DNA from: Spirulina sp.
Lineage (GTDB): Bacteria > Cyanobacteriota > Cyanobacteriia > Phormidesmidales > Phormidesmidaceae
DNA length: 64,000 bases
Reading direction: 5' to 3'
Assembly: GCA_044070495.1 (NCBI GenBank)
Contig: JBIPSI010000002.1
Coordinates: 160,001-224,000 of the forward strand
Each line of letters starts with the position of its first letter. Position 1 is the stretch's first letter. Positions 50,764 to 60,502 of this stretch are shown in pieces. A program made the translations under genes and the position numbers. Under the pieces are notes generated by a model. It was not told where the DNA came from. It did no database searches and saw only the letters and a list, made by a program, of their open reading frames with translations.

Positions 50764-51480
50764 CTAGACGGCCTTGGGTAGCCAGATCGGATCGACCTTG
50801 CGGGGCATGGTTAGGTGGTCGGGCATGGTTTGCCGGAAGGACTGGTAGTAGTCCTTGTGGGCCTCGTCGTGGAGGGTACGCAACAGGACAATGGGGTCAT
50901 CGTGGTGATCCACCCGTAGATCGAGGTGGGGGTAGACGGTTTTATCCACCACGTAGAGCGCCGCCGACTGTCGGCCCCGCTTATCGCCCCCGGCCTGGTC
51001 ACCCGCCTCTAGGGCCAAGAGCAAACGGTCGGTGAAGCTAGCCTCTGGGTGGGATTGGTAGGCGCTGGCCATGGCCTCTAGGACGGCTGGCCCCACCAGC
51101 ATATTCCCGGCTACCGAGAACCCCGGAAAGGTCAGGTGTCCGGCCCAGTCGGTGCAGTCCTCCCCTGTCCAGGCGGCACTGTGGCCATGGTGATCGACGA
51201 GGTGCACCTGGCGCTGCTGGCGATCCCCATCGTTTTGCAGCAGCAAATCCAGCACCACATCCGCCGAAGCCGTGCTAAAGGGACTCTCGGTGGCCTGCCG
51301 ACGCTCTAGCAGGTCTAGCCCCCAAACCCCTAGTAGAGGGTTAGTCTGGGCCTGGGTGGCCACCGCCCCTACGCCAGCCCTGGCATGGGGCACCAAGGCC
51401 CCCACGGCCAAATGTTTTGTGGCCACCGCCACCCCAGTCATGCCCGTAGTAGCATCCCAAGCGACAATGGAAAACGTCAT
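50764..51480 (-). CDS. DUF1028 (Ntn-hydrolase-like) protein
   Basis: MTFSIVA, GAVATQA, AGNML, GGDKRGRQSAA. Confidence 0.9.
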   Translation of the reverse strand: MTFSIVAWDATTGMTGVAVATKHLAVGALVPHARAGVGAVATQAQTNPLLGVWGLDLLERRQATESPFSTASADVVLDLLLQNDGDRQQRQVHLVDHHGHSAAWTGEDCTDWAGHLTFPGFSVAGNMLVGPAVLEAMASAYQSHPEASFTDRLLLALEAGDQAGGDKRGRQSAALYVVDKTVYPHLDLRVDHHDDPIVLLRTLHDEAHKDYYQSFRQTMPDHLTMPRKVDPIWLPKAV

Positions 51481-51740
51481 AGGTAAGTCCGTAAGGATTT
51501 AATTAAGATTTGTATTCAGTGCACATTGTTATTCTGAAAGGTTTCTGAAATCAAGACTGTTGTGGATCATACGGTTCTTGGTGGGCAAAAACGGCAACGG
51601 GGTTGCTGTAGATTGGGAAAAATCTAGGCGACAGGGGCAAGTTGACGGCTTTCCCAAGGGTGCCGCCCTATCCCTCGACGGCCTGTGATTCCCCAAACAA
51701 CCCTGCATCCACCCCCGATCCACCCCGTCCACTCCCCACG

Positions 51741-52751
51741 ATGACCACCTGCTTTCAACAACTAGCCCAGGCGTTGACCCATGGCCCCGCTGTTTTGGCT
51801 ACGGTCATCGGTGTCCGGGGTTCGGTTCCCCGTGAGGTGGGGGCGCGGCTGGTGGTAGATGCCCAGGGCCAAGCCTTCAACACCATCGGCGGCGGGGCAG
51901 GGGAGGCCAAGGTGCTGGCCCAAGCGCAGATCGTGCTGCAAACGGGCGTGTCCCAAATGGTGGAGATTGACCTCACGGGCGCACCGAATCGCCAAACCCA
52001 GGGCGTTTGTGGCGGTCAGATGCAGGTGTGGCTAGAGCGCTGGCAAGGGGAAACCGCCCTGGCCCTGGCCCAGACCATTGTGCAGCGGCTCCAGCGGGGG
52101 CAAACCGTCACCCTGGTGACCCCCCTGGATGGGGCAGGCACCCCCTATCTCAGCGAAACGCCCTCTGATCTTGACCCTGGCCTCGGCCCCGCCGCCGCCT
52201 TTGTAGAGACCCTGCAACCACCGCCCCTGCTGCTGATCGTGGGCGCTGGCCATGTGGGGGTGCAACTGGCCAAGGTAGCCCACCTGGCCGGGTTCGAGAT
52301 CGCCATCCAGGACGACCGCCCCGACTGGGCTAATACGCGGCTCTATCCCCAGGCAAGCCACCTGCTGGCCCAGCCCATCGAACCGGCCCTCGCCCCCTTG
52401 GCCAACCATCCCAGCCTCTACGTTGCCCTGGTTACCCGTGGCTACACCTACGACCTAGAAGCCCTCACCCAGCTTTTACAACGCCCTATCCCCTGCCCCT
52501 ACATCGGCATGATCGGCAGCGAAAAGCGAGTGCGCCAGGTGTACCAAGCCCTCGAACAATCGGGTATCCCTCGCTCCAGGTTGGCCAATATCTATGGCCC
52601 CATCGGCCTGGATATCGAAGCCCTCACCCCCGAAGAAATTGCCGTCAGCATCACCGCCGAACTGATTATGGTGCGACGCGGCGGCACCGGACGGCCCCTG
52701 TCTGAACGCCTCCGCCAGCAAATGCAGGGTGGCCATAGCGTCACCCTGTGA
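51741..52751 (+). CDS. XdhC/CoxI family molybdenum cofactor insertion protein
   Basis: GSVPR, TIGGG, CGG, GAGHVG, YIGMIGS, PIGLDI..TPEEIAVSI. Confidence 0.9.
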   Translation: MTTCFQQLAQALTHGPAVLATVIGVRGSVPREVGARLVVDAQGQAFNTIGGGAGEAKVLAQAQIVLQTGVSQMVEIDLTGAPNRQTQGVCGGQMQVWLERWQGETALALAQTIVQRLQRGQTVTLVTPLDGAGTPYLSETPSDLDPGLGPAAAFVETLQPPPLLLIVGAGHVGVQLAKVAHLAGFEIAIQDDRPDWANTRLYPQASHLLAQPIEPALAPLANHPSLYVALVTRGYTYDLEALTQLLQRPIPCPYIGMIGSEKRVRQVYQALEQSGIPRSRLANIYGPIGLDIEALTPEEIAVSITAELIMVRRGGTGRPLSERLRQQMQGGHSVTL

Positions 52752-52817
52752 ACCTGGGCACTGCGTAAACCTTTATGGCTAACTTCGTTTGGGGCCAAGT
52801 CCAGGGGCAGGATAGAC

Positions 52818-54221
52818 ATGTTGTTCCATCGCCCTAAGGTGTCTATGCTAGAGGCCACCCCTTCCCCCCAACCCCCTGAATCTGCGCCTAGTGATCCGGT
52901 TGTTACCGCCCCTGTACCCTCTAGCGAAGAATTGTGGGAGATCGTTGACCACCACCTGATTCGCTACGGCGGATCCTTTGCTCCCCGGTTGATTGAACGG
53001 GCGCGGGGCAGCTATCTCTACGATCAGCAGGGCCGCAAGATTTTGGACTTCACCTCTGGGCAAATGTGCGCCACCCTGGGCCACAACCATCCTGAGGTGG
53101 TGCAGGCCATCCACAAAGCCTGTGAAGAGGTGCTGCACCTGTTTAGCGGTATGTTGTCGCCCTCGGTGGTGGAACTGGCGGATACTCTCTGCAAGCTGCT
53201 GCCCCCCACCTTGCAAAAGGCCATCTTTCTAAACACAGGCAGCGAGGTGAACGAAGCCGCCCTGCGCATGGCCAAGCTGCATACCGGAGGCTTTGAAGTC
53301 GTGGGCCTCAGCACCTCCTGGCACGGCATGACTGCCGGAGCCAGCGCCAGCACCTTTGTCGCAGCCAGAAAGGGCTATGGGCCGATGATTCCTGGCAACT
53401 TTGCCCTGCCCACCCCCAACTGCTACCGCTGCCCCGTGCGCCACTGCCAAGACCAGTGCGACATGACCTGCCTAGCGGTGGGGTTTGAGTTAATCGATAG
53501 CCAGTCCGTAGGGGCCTACGCCGCGCTGATTGTAGAACCTGTCCTCAGTTCGGGGGGCATTATTGAGCCGCCAGAGGGCTATTTTCAGCGGCTTCAGGAC
53601 TACTGCCGCCAGCGGGGTATGCTGCTGATTTTGGATGAGGCCCAAACCGCCTTTGGTCGCCTGGGTAGTCTCTTCGCCTTTGAGCAACTGGGCATCGTGC
53701 CAGACATCCTCACCCTGTCGAAAACCCTGGGCGGCGGACTGCCCCTAGCCGCCACCGTCACCAGTGCCGCCATCGAGGCCGACTGCTACGACAAGGGCTT
53801 TCTCTACTACACCTCCCACGTCTCCGACCCCATGCCAGCGGAGGTGGGCCTAGCGGTGCTGCGGGTGCTGACCACCCAGAACCTCGCCGAACGAGCCACC
53901 ACCATGGGAGCCTACCTAAAGGCCGGTTTACTGAAACTCAAAGACCGCTACGAGGTGATTGGCGACGTTCGCGGTCGGGGGCTGCTGCTGGGGGTAGAAC
54001 TGGTGAAGGACCGGGCAAGCCGCACACCCAACCCCGAACTAGGAGCCGCCATCACCCGCCGCTGCATGGAACTAGGCCTAAGCATGAACATCACCGCCCT
54101 GCCCAACATGGGGAGCGTCTGGCGCATTGCTCCGCCGTTGACGGTGACCCAGGAAGAACTCGACGAAGGGCTAACTATTCTAGAACAGGCTATTGGCGAC
54201 TGCCTTGCCGCCGCTGGATAA
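52818..54221 (+). CDS. Class III PLP aminotransferase, 2,2-dialkylglycine decarboxylase-like
   Basis: LIRYGGSF, DFTSGQM, HLFSGMLS, EPVLSSGG, DEAQT, LSKTLG, SHVSDP. Confidence 0.8.
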   Translation: MLFHRPKVSMLEATPSPQPPESAPSDPVVTAPVPSSEELWEIVDHHLIRYGGSFAPRLIERARGSYLYDQQGRKILDFTSGQMCATLGHNHPEVVQAIHKACEEVLHLFSGMLSPSVVELADTLCKLLPPTLQKAIFLNTGSEVNEAALRMAKLHTGGFEVVGLSTSWHGMTAGASASTFVAARKGYGPMIPGNFALPTPNCYRCPVRHCQDQCDMTCLAVGFELIDSQSVGAYAALIVEPVLSSGGIIEPPEGYFQRLQDYCRQRGMLLILDEAQTAFGRLGSLFAFEQLGIVPDILTLSKTLGGGLPLAATVTSAAIEADCYDKGFLYYTSHVSDPMPAEVGLAVLRVLTTQNLAERATTMGAYLKAGLLKLKDRYEVIGDVRGRGLLLGVELVKDRASRTPNPELGAAITRRCMELGLSMNITALPNMGSVWRIAPPLTVTQEELDEGLTILEQAIGDCLAAAG

Positions 54222-54306
54222 GCCATCTGCCAAGCGCTACAATCCCGCGTCCCAAAATACCAAGTTGTCCGCTAGCTCGATGCTGGGGGGATGGGCGGCG
54301 AGGAGA

Positions 54307-54348
54307 CCTCACCCTAGTCCTCTCCCACGGGGCAAGGGGTTGGGGATA
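54307..54348. repeat. Degenerate CCCTCACCC hairpin repeat
   Basis: cctcaccctagtcctctcccacggggcaaggggttgggg. Confidence 0.55.
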
Positions 54349-54441
54349 TAGACCAGGAGGGGCTTCTCCTTGAGTGGGCCAGAAACGTTTGTCAGTCAAC
54401 CAGGGGCTTGGCATACTGTAGCGGTACAAGAGAGACCTACC

Positions 54442-54804
54442 ATGCTGATTCGTAAACTGCTGGATTGCCCAGAATTCATCGCCGGAGACGGCACCCGCCT
54501 GCGAGAACTGCTGCACCCCGACAAGCAGGATCTTGCCCTAGGCTATAGCCTCGCCCATGCCATTGTGCCCGTGGGACAGGTTTCGGTTCCCCATGCCCTT
54601 ACGACTTCTGAGGTGTACTACCTCCTCTCTGGGGTGGGCGAAATGCACATCAACGACGAAGTGCAGCGGGTGGAACCGGGGGATGCGGTCTACATTCCGC
54701 CCAATGCCCGCCAATTTATCAGCAATGTCGGCGAGGAACCGCTGGTATTCATTTGTCTGGTGGATCCGGCCTGGCGCAAGGAAGATGAGACTATCTTCGC
54801 CTAA
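54442..54804 (+). CDS. Cupin domain protein
   Basis: SEVYYLLSG.G, GDAVYIPP. Confidence 0.88.
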   Translation: MLIRKLLDCPEFIAGDGTRLRELLHPDKQDLALGYSLAHAIVPVGQVSVPHALTTSEVYYLLSGVGEMHINDEVQRVEPGDAVYIPPNARQFISNVGEEPLVFICLVDPAWRKEDETIFA

Positions 54805-54993
54805 CCTGATCTCACATCCTGGTTAGCTAGCTCTGATTCTCTAGGGGTGCATTGCGGCTAATCAAAATGATTAGTGCGTGACTATGGTGCGTGACTGTGT
54901 AGGAGTTGAGCCGCGTAGGCTGTGCCGCGCCCTTGGCGCTATGCCCCCTACGATTCTGGGGTGGGAGGGGTGGGGAATTGGTAGGGCGCGGCC

Positions 54994-57804
54994 CTAGGGG
55001 GTTTGCTCGCTAAGCTGCTGAAGGAGATCCTCAAGGCGTTGCTGGGCCTGGCCATAGCGTTGCCAGTCTCCCTGTTGCAGGGCGGTTTGACCCTCCTGGT
55101 AGGCGCTCAGGGCCGCCTGGATGAGGCCAGAGAGATCGGTGGGGGTGGGGGGCGGGGCGGCAGGATCGACGGGCACCGGGGCGGGGCGGGTGGCCCCAAA
55201 AATGGCCTCTAGGGCTTGGTCGAGGGTTTCTTGCATCACCACTTGGTCACCGTAGGCGACGATCACCCGCCGCAGCTCGGGTAGTTCGCCCTGTTCGGCC
55301 CGCAGATAAATGGGCTGCACGTAGAGCAAAGACTGTTCGATGGGAATCACCAGCAGGTTGCCCTTCAGCACCCGCGACCCCTGTTGGCTCCAGAGGGTAA
55401 TTTGCTCGGAGATTTCGGGGGTTTGGTTAATGCGGGCCTCGATCTGGCTGGGGCCAAAGATCAACTCCTGCTTAGGAAATTCGTAGAGCAGCAGCCTGCC
55501 GTAGTTGTCGCCATCGGAGCCGCCCGCTAACCAGGCGATCATGTTGTCGCGGTTGGCGGGGGTGAAGGGCAGAATTTGCAGAAACTCCTCCCGCTCCAGT
55601 TTGGGCAGCTTCATGATCACGTAGTAGGGGGCCATGGTTTCCAGGTTGCCGTCCTGGCTGTGTTCGGGGAAGCGCCAGAGGTCTTCGCGGTTGTAGAACA
55701 CTTCCGGGTTTTCCATGTGGTAGGCCCGATACATCTGGGCCTGGATGGTGAAGATGTCGTGGGGGTAGCGCAGGTGTTCCCGGTAGGTGGCGGGCATGGC
55801 CTCGCTGGGCTGAAACAGGCTGGGAAACATCTTCTGGTAGGTGGCCAGCACGGGGTCGGCGGTGTCGCGCACGAAGAATTCTAGGGTGCCATCGTAGGCA
55901 TCGACAAACACCTTCACCGCATCCCGCACATAGTTGGCGCTAGGCGGCAGCAGGCCATAGCTAGGGTCGGCGACGGCCAGCATTTCGCTGTAGCGGTGCA
56001 GGGGTTCGGAGTAGGGGTAGCGGTCGCTGACGGTGTAGCCGTCCATCACCCACTTCAGCCGTCCGTTGACCACCACCATGTAGGGGTCGCTGTCGTAGGT
56101 GAGGAAGGGGGCCACCCGCTGTACCCGGTCGCGGATCAGGCGGTGGTAGTGGATGCGGGAATCGGCGTTGAAGTAATTCGAGGTTAGCAGGCGCAGATTG
56201 CCGAGGTCGTAGGCGTAGACCAGGCGGCGCAGCAGGGAATTGAGTGGCACCCCGCCCTGGCCGGTGTAGCGGTAGGTGGCGTTGGTGTCGCCCAGGGGGT
56301 AGTCAAACTCGTCGGTGTTGGTGCCCGTGAAGATGTAGTTGGCGGTGTCTTCTCCGTAGTAGATGCGGGGTTGATCCAGGGCTAGATCCACCGTGGAGTC
56401 GGGGGGCACATTGCGCAGGAAAAATTCTGGCATACCGTTGCTGGCGGCTCGGTTGACGGGGCTCATCACCAGGCCAAAGCCGTGGGTGAATTTAAGCTGG
56501 CGGTTAATCCAGTTTTGGGCCTCCGGGGGCAACTGTGCCACCGATAGCTCGCGGGCGGAGAGCGTCACCTGGCGGTAGTCGCCGTTGAGGGTGTAGCGGT
56601 CGATATCGACATCGCTGAAGTTGTAGTAGAGCCGAATTTCCTGGAGCTGCTTATAGGAACTCAGCAGCGGCGCATCGTCCCAGAGGCGAATGTTGCGCAC
56701 CGTGGGCTGGTTGGCATCCAGCAAGGCTCGATCCAACTGATTGTCGGCGGGGAAGGGTTCGGCGACAACGTTCGTGAGGCTGTAGGCTTGGCGGGTGAAG
56801 GCAATGTTGTGCTCAATGTAGGGTCGCTCGATGGTGAGTTCGTTGGGCTCTACCACGAAATTTTGCTGAAACCAGGGATACAGCCCGTTGGCCAGCACCA
56901 GCACCGCTAGGTAAAACCCCATGCCCACCATCGGCAGGTAAAAGCCGCTGCGCCACAGGGCCATCACAAACAATATGGCGATGGACATCGTGACAAAGCT
57001 CATCAGCCAGTAGGCTTGCAGCCGCGCATGGACATCGGTATAGCCCGCCCCAAAGATCACTCCGCCCTCGGAGAACAGCAGGGAATAGCGATCGAGCCAA
57101 AACCCCCAGGCCAACACTGTCGCCAGCCCCGCCAACAGCAGGCAGATGTGGGTCTTGGTCTCTCCAGTGAGGAAATATTTCCAGCCCCGTTCGGGCCGGA
57201 TTTCCCCCTTTAGGCCATAGACCGCCAGGGCCAACAGCAGCGCCCACACCCCCAGGCCCACCAGTTGGCTCTGCAAGCCCTGCCACAGGGGCAACCGAAA
57301 CAGGTAGAAACCAATATCCTGATTAAAAATCGGGTCGGTTTGGTCAAAAAATGATGGATTGAGGAATTGCAGCACCGTTTCCCAGGCCGCCGCCCCCCGC
57401 CAAGCCGTTCCCAAGGCCAGCAGCCCAATAACCCCCAAACTACCCAGGTGCAGCAGTTGCTCAAACTGTTCTCGCTGCTGCTGGCTGCTGTAGCGGCTCA
57501 AAAATCGGTAGCTGCGTTCGCGGGTGGCCACCATGGCTAGGCGGTAGTTGCCCCACAGCCAAAGGGCCGTTAGCCCAAAGGTGCCTAGCCCCAGGCCCAA
57601 CTGCCAGCGCAGCCGTTTGCCAAACACCGCCCCATAGCCCACCGACTCAAACCACCAAGACTCGGTGAGCAGGTGCACCAGGCTACCCGCCGTCACCAAA
57701 ATCATCACCGCCACCAAGAGCCAAGGCAACAGTCGTCTCCCTCGGTAGGGATGGGCGGCGGATTTGGGGTTAGGGTAAAAAGTCACAGGGGCCAGAGCAA
57801 TCAA
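54994..57804 (-). CDS. UPF0182 family membrane protein
   Basis: DPIFNQDIGFY, GAGYTD, NIRLWD, QLQEIRLYY, NLLVIP. Confidence 0.93.
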   Translation of the reverse strand: MIALAPVTFYPNPKSAAHPYRGRRLLPWLLVAVMILVTAGSLVHLLTESWWFESVGYGAVFGKRLRWQLGLGLGTFGLTALWLWGNYRLAMVATRERSYRFLSRYSSQQQREQFEQLLHLGSLGVIGLLALGTAWRGAAAWETVLQFLNPSFFDQTDPIFNQDIGFYLFRLPLWQGLQSQLVGLGVWALLLALAVYGLKGEIRPERGWKYFLTGETKTHICLLLAGLATVLAWGFWLDRYSLLFSEGGVIFGAGYTDVHARLQAYWLMSFVTMSIAILFVMALWRSGFYLPMVGMGFYLAVLVLANGLYPWFQQNFVVEPNELTIERPYIEHNIAFTRQAYSLTNVVAEPFPADNQLDRALLDANQPTVRNIRLWDDAPLLSSYKQLQEIRLYYNFSDVDIDRYTLNGDYRQVTLSARELSVAQLPPEAQNWINRQLKFTHGFGLVMSPVNRAASNGMPEFFLRNVPPDSTVDLALDQPRIYYGEDTANYIFTGTNTDEFDYPLGDTNATYRYTGQGGVPLNSLLRRLVYAYDLGNLRLLTSNYFNADSRIHYHRLIRDRVQRVAPFLTYDSDPYMVVVNGRLKWVMDGYTVSDRYPYSEPLHRYSEMLAVADPSYGLLPPSANYVRDAVKVFVDAYDGTLEFFVRDTADPVLATYQKMFPSLFQPSEAMPATYREHLRYPHDIFTIQAQMYRAYHMENPEVFYNREDLWRFPEHSQDGNLETMAPYYVIMKLPKLEREEFLQILPFTPANRDNMIAWLAGGSDGDNYGRLLLYEFPKQELIFGPSQIEARINQTPEISEQITLWSQQGSRVLKGNLLVIPIEQSLLYVQPIYLRAEQGELPELRRVIVAYGDQVVMQETLDQALEAIFGATRPAPVPVDPAAPPPTPTDLSGLIQAALSAYQEGQTALQQGDWQRYGQAQQRLEDLLQQLSEQTP

Positions 57805-57899
57805 GGTTCGCCCCGATCCTAACGCAAGGGGTTGAGGGGTTTTGTCCTTGGTAACGTTTTCTCAAGGGTGGCCTCAGCCAGGGACTTGCCAACGACCCC

Positions 57900-58961
57900 C
57901 TAGGCCGAGGGTGTCATGCGGTTGAGGTGACGATTGCGCCAAGTCCGAATGGCCTGGGCCTGACGCTGAACCGCCGTTAGGTATTGGGGCACAGCGGCGG
58001 CGGGGGACGTCTGCACTGGAGCCGATGGCGTGGTGTAGAGGCACTGGGAGAGGCTGTCGAGGTGGGGCTCTAGGGCCAGATCGCGCACCAGGTGGTCGAT
58101 GGAACTATAACGTTCGGTGGGATCGGGGCGGATCATTTTGTCGAGCATTCGACCAAAGTGATCACTGACGGTGACGTTGGACTGCCAGCGCACTTGGCCT
58201 GTTCTAGAATCCACATCAAAGTCTGAGGGCAGACAGGTGGTCAGCATAAATAGGCAGGTCATCCCCAGGGCATAGATGTCGCTGCCGTAGCAGGGGCGCA
58301 GGGCCAACTGTTCTGGCGGCGCAAACCCCGGTGTGCCCACAAACTGGCTGACGGGAGACTGGTAGGCATTGGCTTCCTCTAGGTCGGCCAGAAACTCTCG
58401 CACCGCCCCAAAGTCGATCAACACCAGGCGGCGGTCAAACTCGCTGCGGATGATATTGGGAGGCTTGATGTCGCGGTGAATGATCCGGTTGCGGTGGATG
58501 AACTGCAACACCGGGATCATTTCCTGCAAAAAGTACTTCACCTGGGCTTCGGTTTGTCGCCCCTGCCGCCGCACCTCCTGGGTAATGGTGTGGCCCTGGA
58601 TATACTCTTGCACCAGGTAAAACTCGCCCCGAATAGTGAAGTAATCGAGCAGGCAGGGAATTTGGGAGTGGCTACCTAGATTGGCGAGGGCTTTGGCCTC
58701 TCGCCGAAACCGCACCTTGGCCCGTTCTAAGGAAAGATCGTTGCGGGTGCGGGGGGCCAGTTGTTTAATCACACAGCGGGGCTGGCCCGGTAGCCGCATA
58801 TCCTGGGCGAGGTAGGTGACACCAAACCCCCCCTGGCCCAAAGCACGCAGCACTCGATAGCGCTGCCGAAACAAATCCTGGGACTGATAAAACGCACCGA
58901 TTGCGCCGCTAAAGCTGCGGTCGGAGTTCCCGTAGGACGATGGGGCGGCGGGGTTGGGCAT
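57900..58961 (-). CDS. Serine/threonine protein kinase
   Basis: LGQGGFG, VIK, HRDIKPPN, DFG, APPE, SDIYALG. Confidence 0.95.
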   Translation of the reverse strand: MPNPAAPSSYGNSDRSFSGAIGAFYQSQDLFRQRYRVLRALGQGGFGVTYLAQDMRLPGQPRCVIKQLAPRTRNDLSLERAKVRFRREAKALANLGSHSQIPCLLDYFTIRGEFYLVQEYIQGHTITQEVRRQGRQTEAQVKYFLQEMIPVLQFIHRNRIIHRDIKPPNIIRSEFDRRLVLIDFGAVREFLADLEEANAYQSPVSQFVGTPGFAPPEQLALRPCYGSDIYALGMTCLFMLTTCLPSDFDVDSRTGQVRWQSNVTVSDHFGRMLDKMIRPDPTERYSSIDHLVRDLALEPHLDSLSQCLYTTPSAPVQTSPAAAVPQYLTAVQRQAQAIRTWRNRHLNRMTPSA

Positions 58962-59063
58962 GGGGAAAGTCTAGGATGGCTAAGGACAAGGAGTCAACCA
59001 AAACGGAACTCAGCCTCGCGGGTTACTTCCATGCGGGTTAGTTCCATTCTATCGGACATGGCC

Positions 59064-60155
59064 CTAGGCTTGGGGTAGCCAAAAAGTGAAGGTAGCGCCC
59101 TGGTGGAGCTGGCTAGTGACGGTAATTTCGCCCCCCTGCACGGTGACGAGGCGGCGACAGATGGTCAGCCCTAGGCCCGTGCCCCCAGACCGACGGTTGC
59201 GGGAACGGTCGGCCCGCCAAAAGCGCTCAAACACGTAGGGTAAGTCGGCCTCGGCAATGCCCGATCCGGTGTCGGCGACTGAGACATAGACCCGCTGGGG
59301 TTCGGCCCAGGCCCGCACCTCCACCTTGCCGTAGTCGGTGTAGCGGAGGGCATTGCCCAGCAGGTTAATCAGAATTTGCTCGATGCGGCTAGGGTCGGCG
59401 TAGACCGCTGGTAAATCCGTCGGCACCTCCAGCAGGAGGGACACCTGGTCAGGGTTGGCACGCTGTCCCTCAAAGGTTTGGATTAGGCTGGTGAGCAGCG
59501 GCGGCAGGTCAACGCTCTGGGCCTGGATCGGCAGATATCCGGCCTCCAGTTTGGAGAGTTCCTGAAGATCGTTCACCAGCCGTTGTAAGCGGGTGGTTTC
59601 CGTGGCTAGGCGCTCGTAGAGTTCGGGCTGGGGGGGGATGGTGCCATCGGCAAGGCCCTCCAGGTAGCCGTGGAGAATGGTGAGGGGGGTGCGCAGTTCG
59701 TGGGTGAGATCGCCCACCAGTTCCCGCCGCCGCTGCTCAACGCCCTCCAAATCGGAAGCCATGCGGTTGAAGCTGTTGGCCAACCGCTGGATCTCCAGGA
59801 TTTCCGAGGGGGGTACCCGCGCCGTGAGTTGTCCGGCGGCAAACTGGCGGGTAATCTCCGCCATCTGATCCAAGGGTCGAATGATCCGGCGCGACACCCA
59901 GTAGCTCAAGACTCCGGCGGTGCCGCCCCCCACCAGGATCGACCACACCATGCCCTTGCTCCAGGCGTCCTCAAACCCCTTCAGCAATTGGGTGCGACGA
60001 TGGAGACTCATGACGCCGTTTTCGTAGCGTTGCAGGGTAATCACCATCTGCCGGGGGGTATACAGCCGCCCAATGGCCAGCAGGGTCAAAATCCCAACGG
60101 TCATCACCGCCATGTGGGAGAGGAACAGACGACTACGTAGGTTGCACTTGGCCAT
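59064..60155 (-). CDS. HAMP sensor histidine kinase
   Basis: Two TM, HAMP, THELRTPL, NALRY, DTGSGI, GTGLGL. Confidence 0.92.
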   Translation of the reverse strand: MAKCNLRSRLFLSHMAVMTVGILTLLAIGRLYTPRQMVITLQRYENGVMSLHRRTQLLKGFEDAWSKGMVWSILVGGGTAGVLSYWVSRRIIRPLDQMAEITRQFAAGQLTARVPPSEILEIQRLANSFNRMASDLEGVEQRRRELVGDLTHELRTPLTILHGYLEGLADGTIPPQPELYERLATETTRLQRLVNDLQELSKLEAGYLPIQAQSVDLPPLLTSLIQTFEGQRANPDQVSLLLEVPTDLPAVYADPSRIEQILINLLGNALRYTDYGKVEVRAWAEPQRVYVSVADTGSGIAEADLPYVFERFWRADRSRNRRSGGTGLGLTICRRLVTVQGGEITVTSQLHQGATFTFWLPQA

Positions 60156-60163
60156 GCCACCCC

Positions 60164-60391
60164 TCAAGCGGGGGTGTGCTGAAGGTCGGGCTGTTCCTCC
60201 GGCACAATGGCCCCCTCCACCGGGCAGACCTGGAGGCAGATGCCGCAGTCGATGCAGGTGGAAAAGTCAATCCAGTACCAGTCGGTGCCCTTGGTGTTTT
60301 TGCCGGGGCCTTCGTGGATGCAGGCAACGGGGCAAGCCTCGACGCAGTCGGCAACCCCTTCACAGACGTTCGTAACAATGGTGTGGGCCAC
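60164..60391 (-). CDS. Dicluster Fe-S ferredoxin
   Basis: CEGVADCVEACP and CIDCGICLQVCP. Confidence 0.92.
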   Translation of the reverse strand: MAHTIVTNVCEGVADCVEACPVACIHEGPGKNTKGTDWYWIDFSTCIDCGICLQVCPVEGAIVPEEQPDLQHTPA

Positions 60392-60502
60392 GGCCTATCC
60401 TCAATCGCAGACAGATCAACAGAGCGCATCAACGGAGCGCCAACCGAGCACATCGGGCCAGGAAGCAGAGCTAGTCTGTCCGACCCGTGGCCATTTATCA
60501 CG

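Noticed and set aside
51511..51525. NtcA-like site TGTA-N7-CACA upstream of DUF1028/xdhC
   Set aside because: Spacing and right half deviate from GTA-N8-TAC
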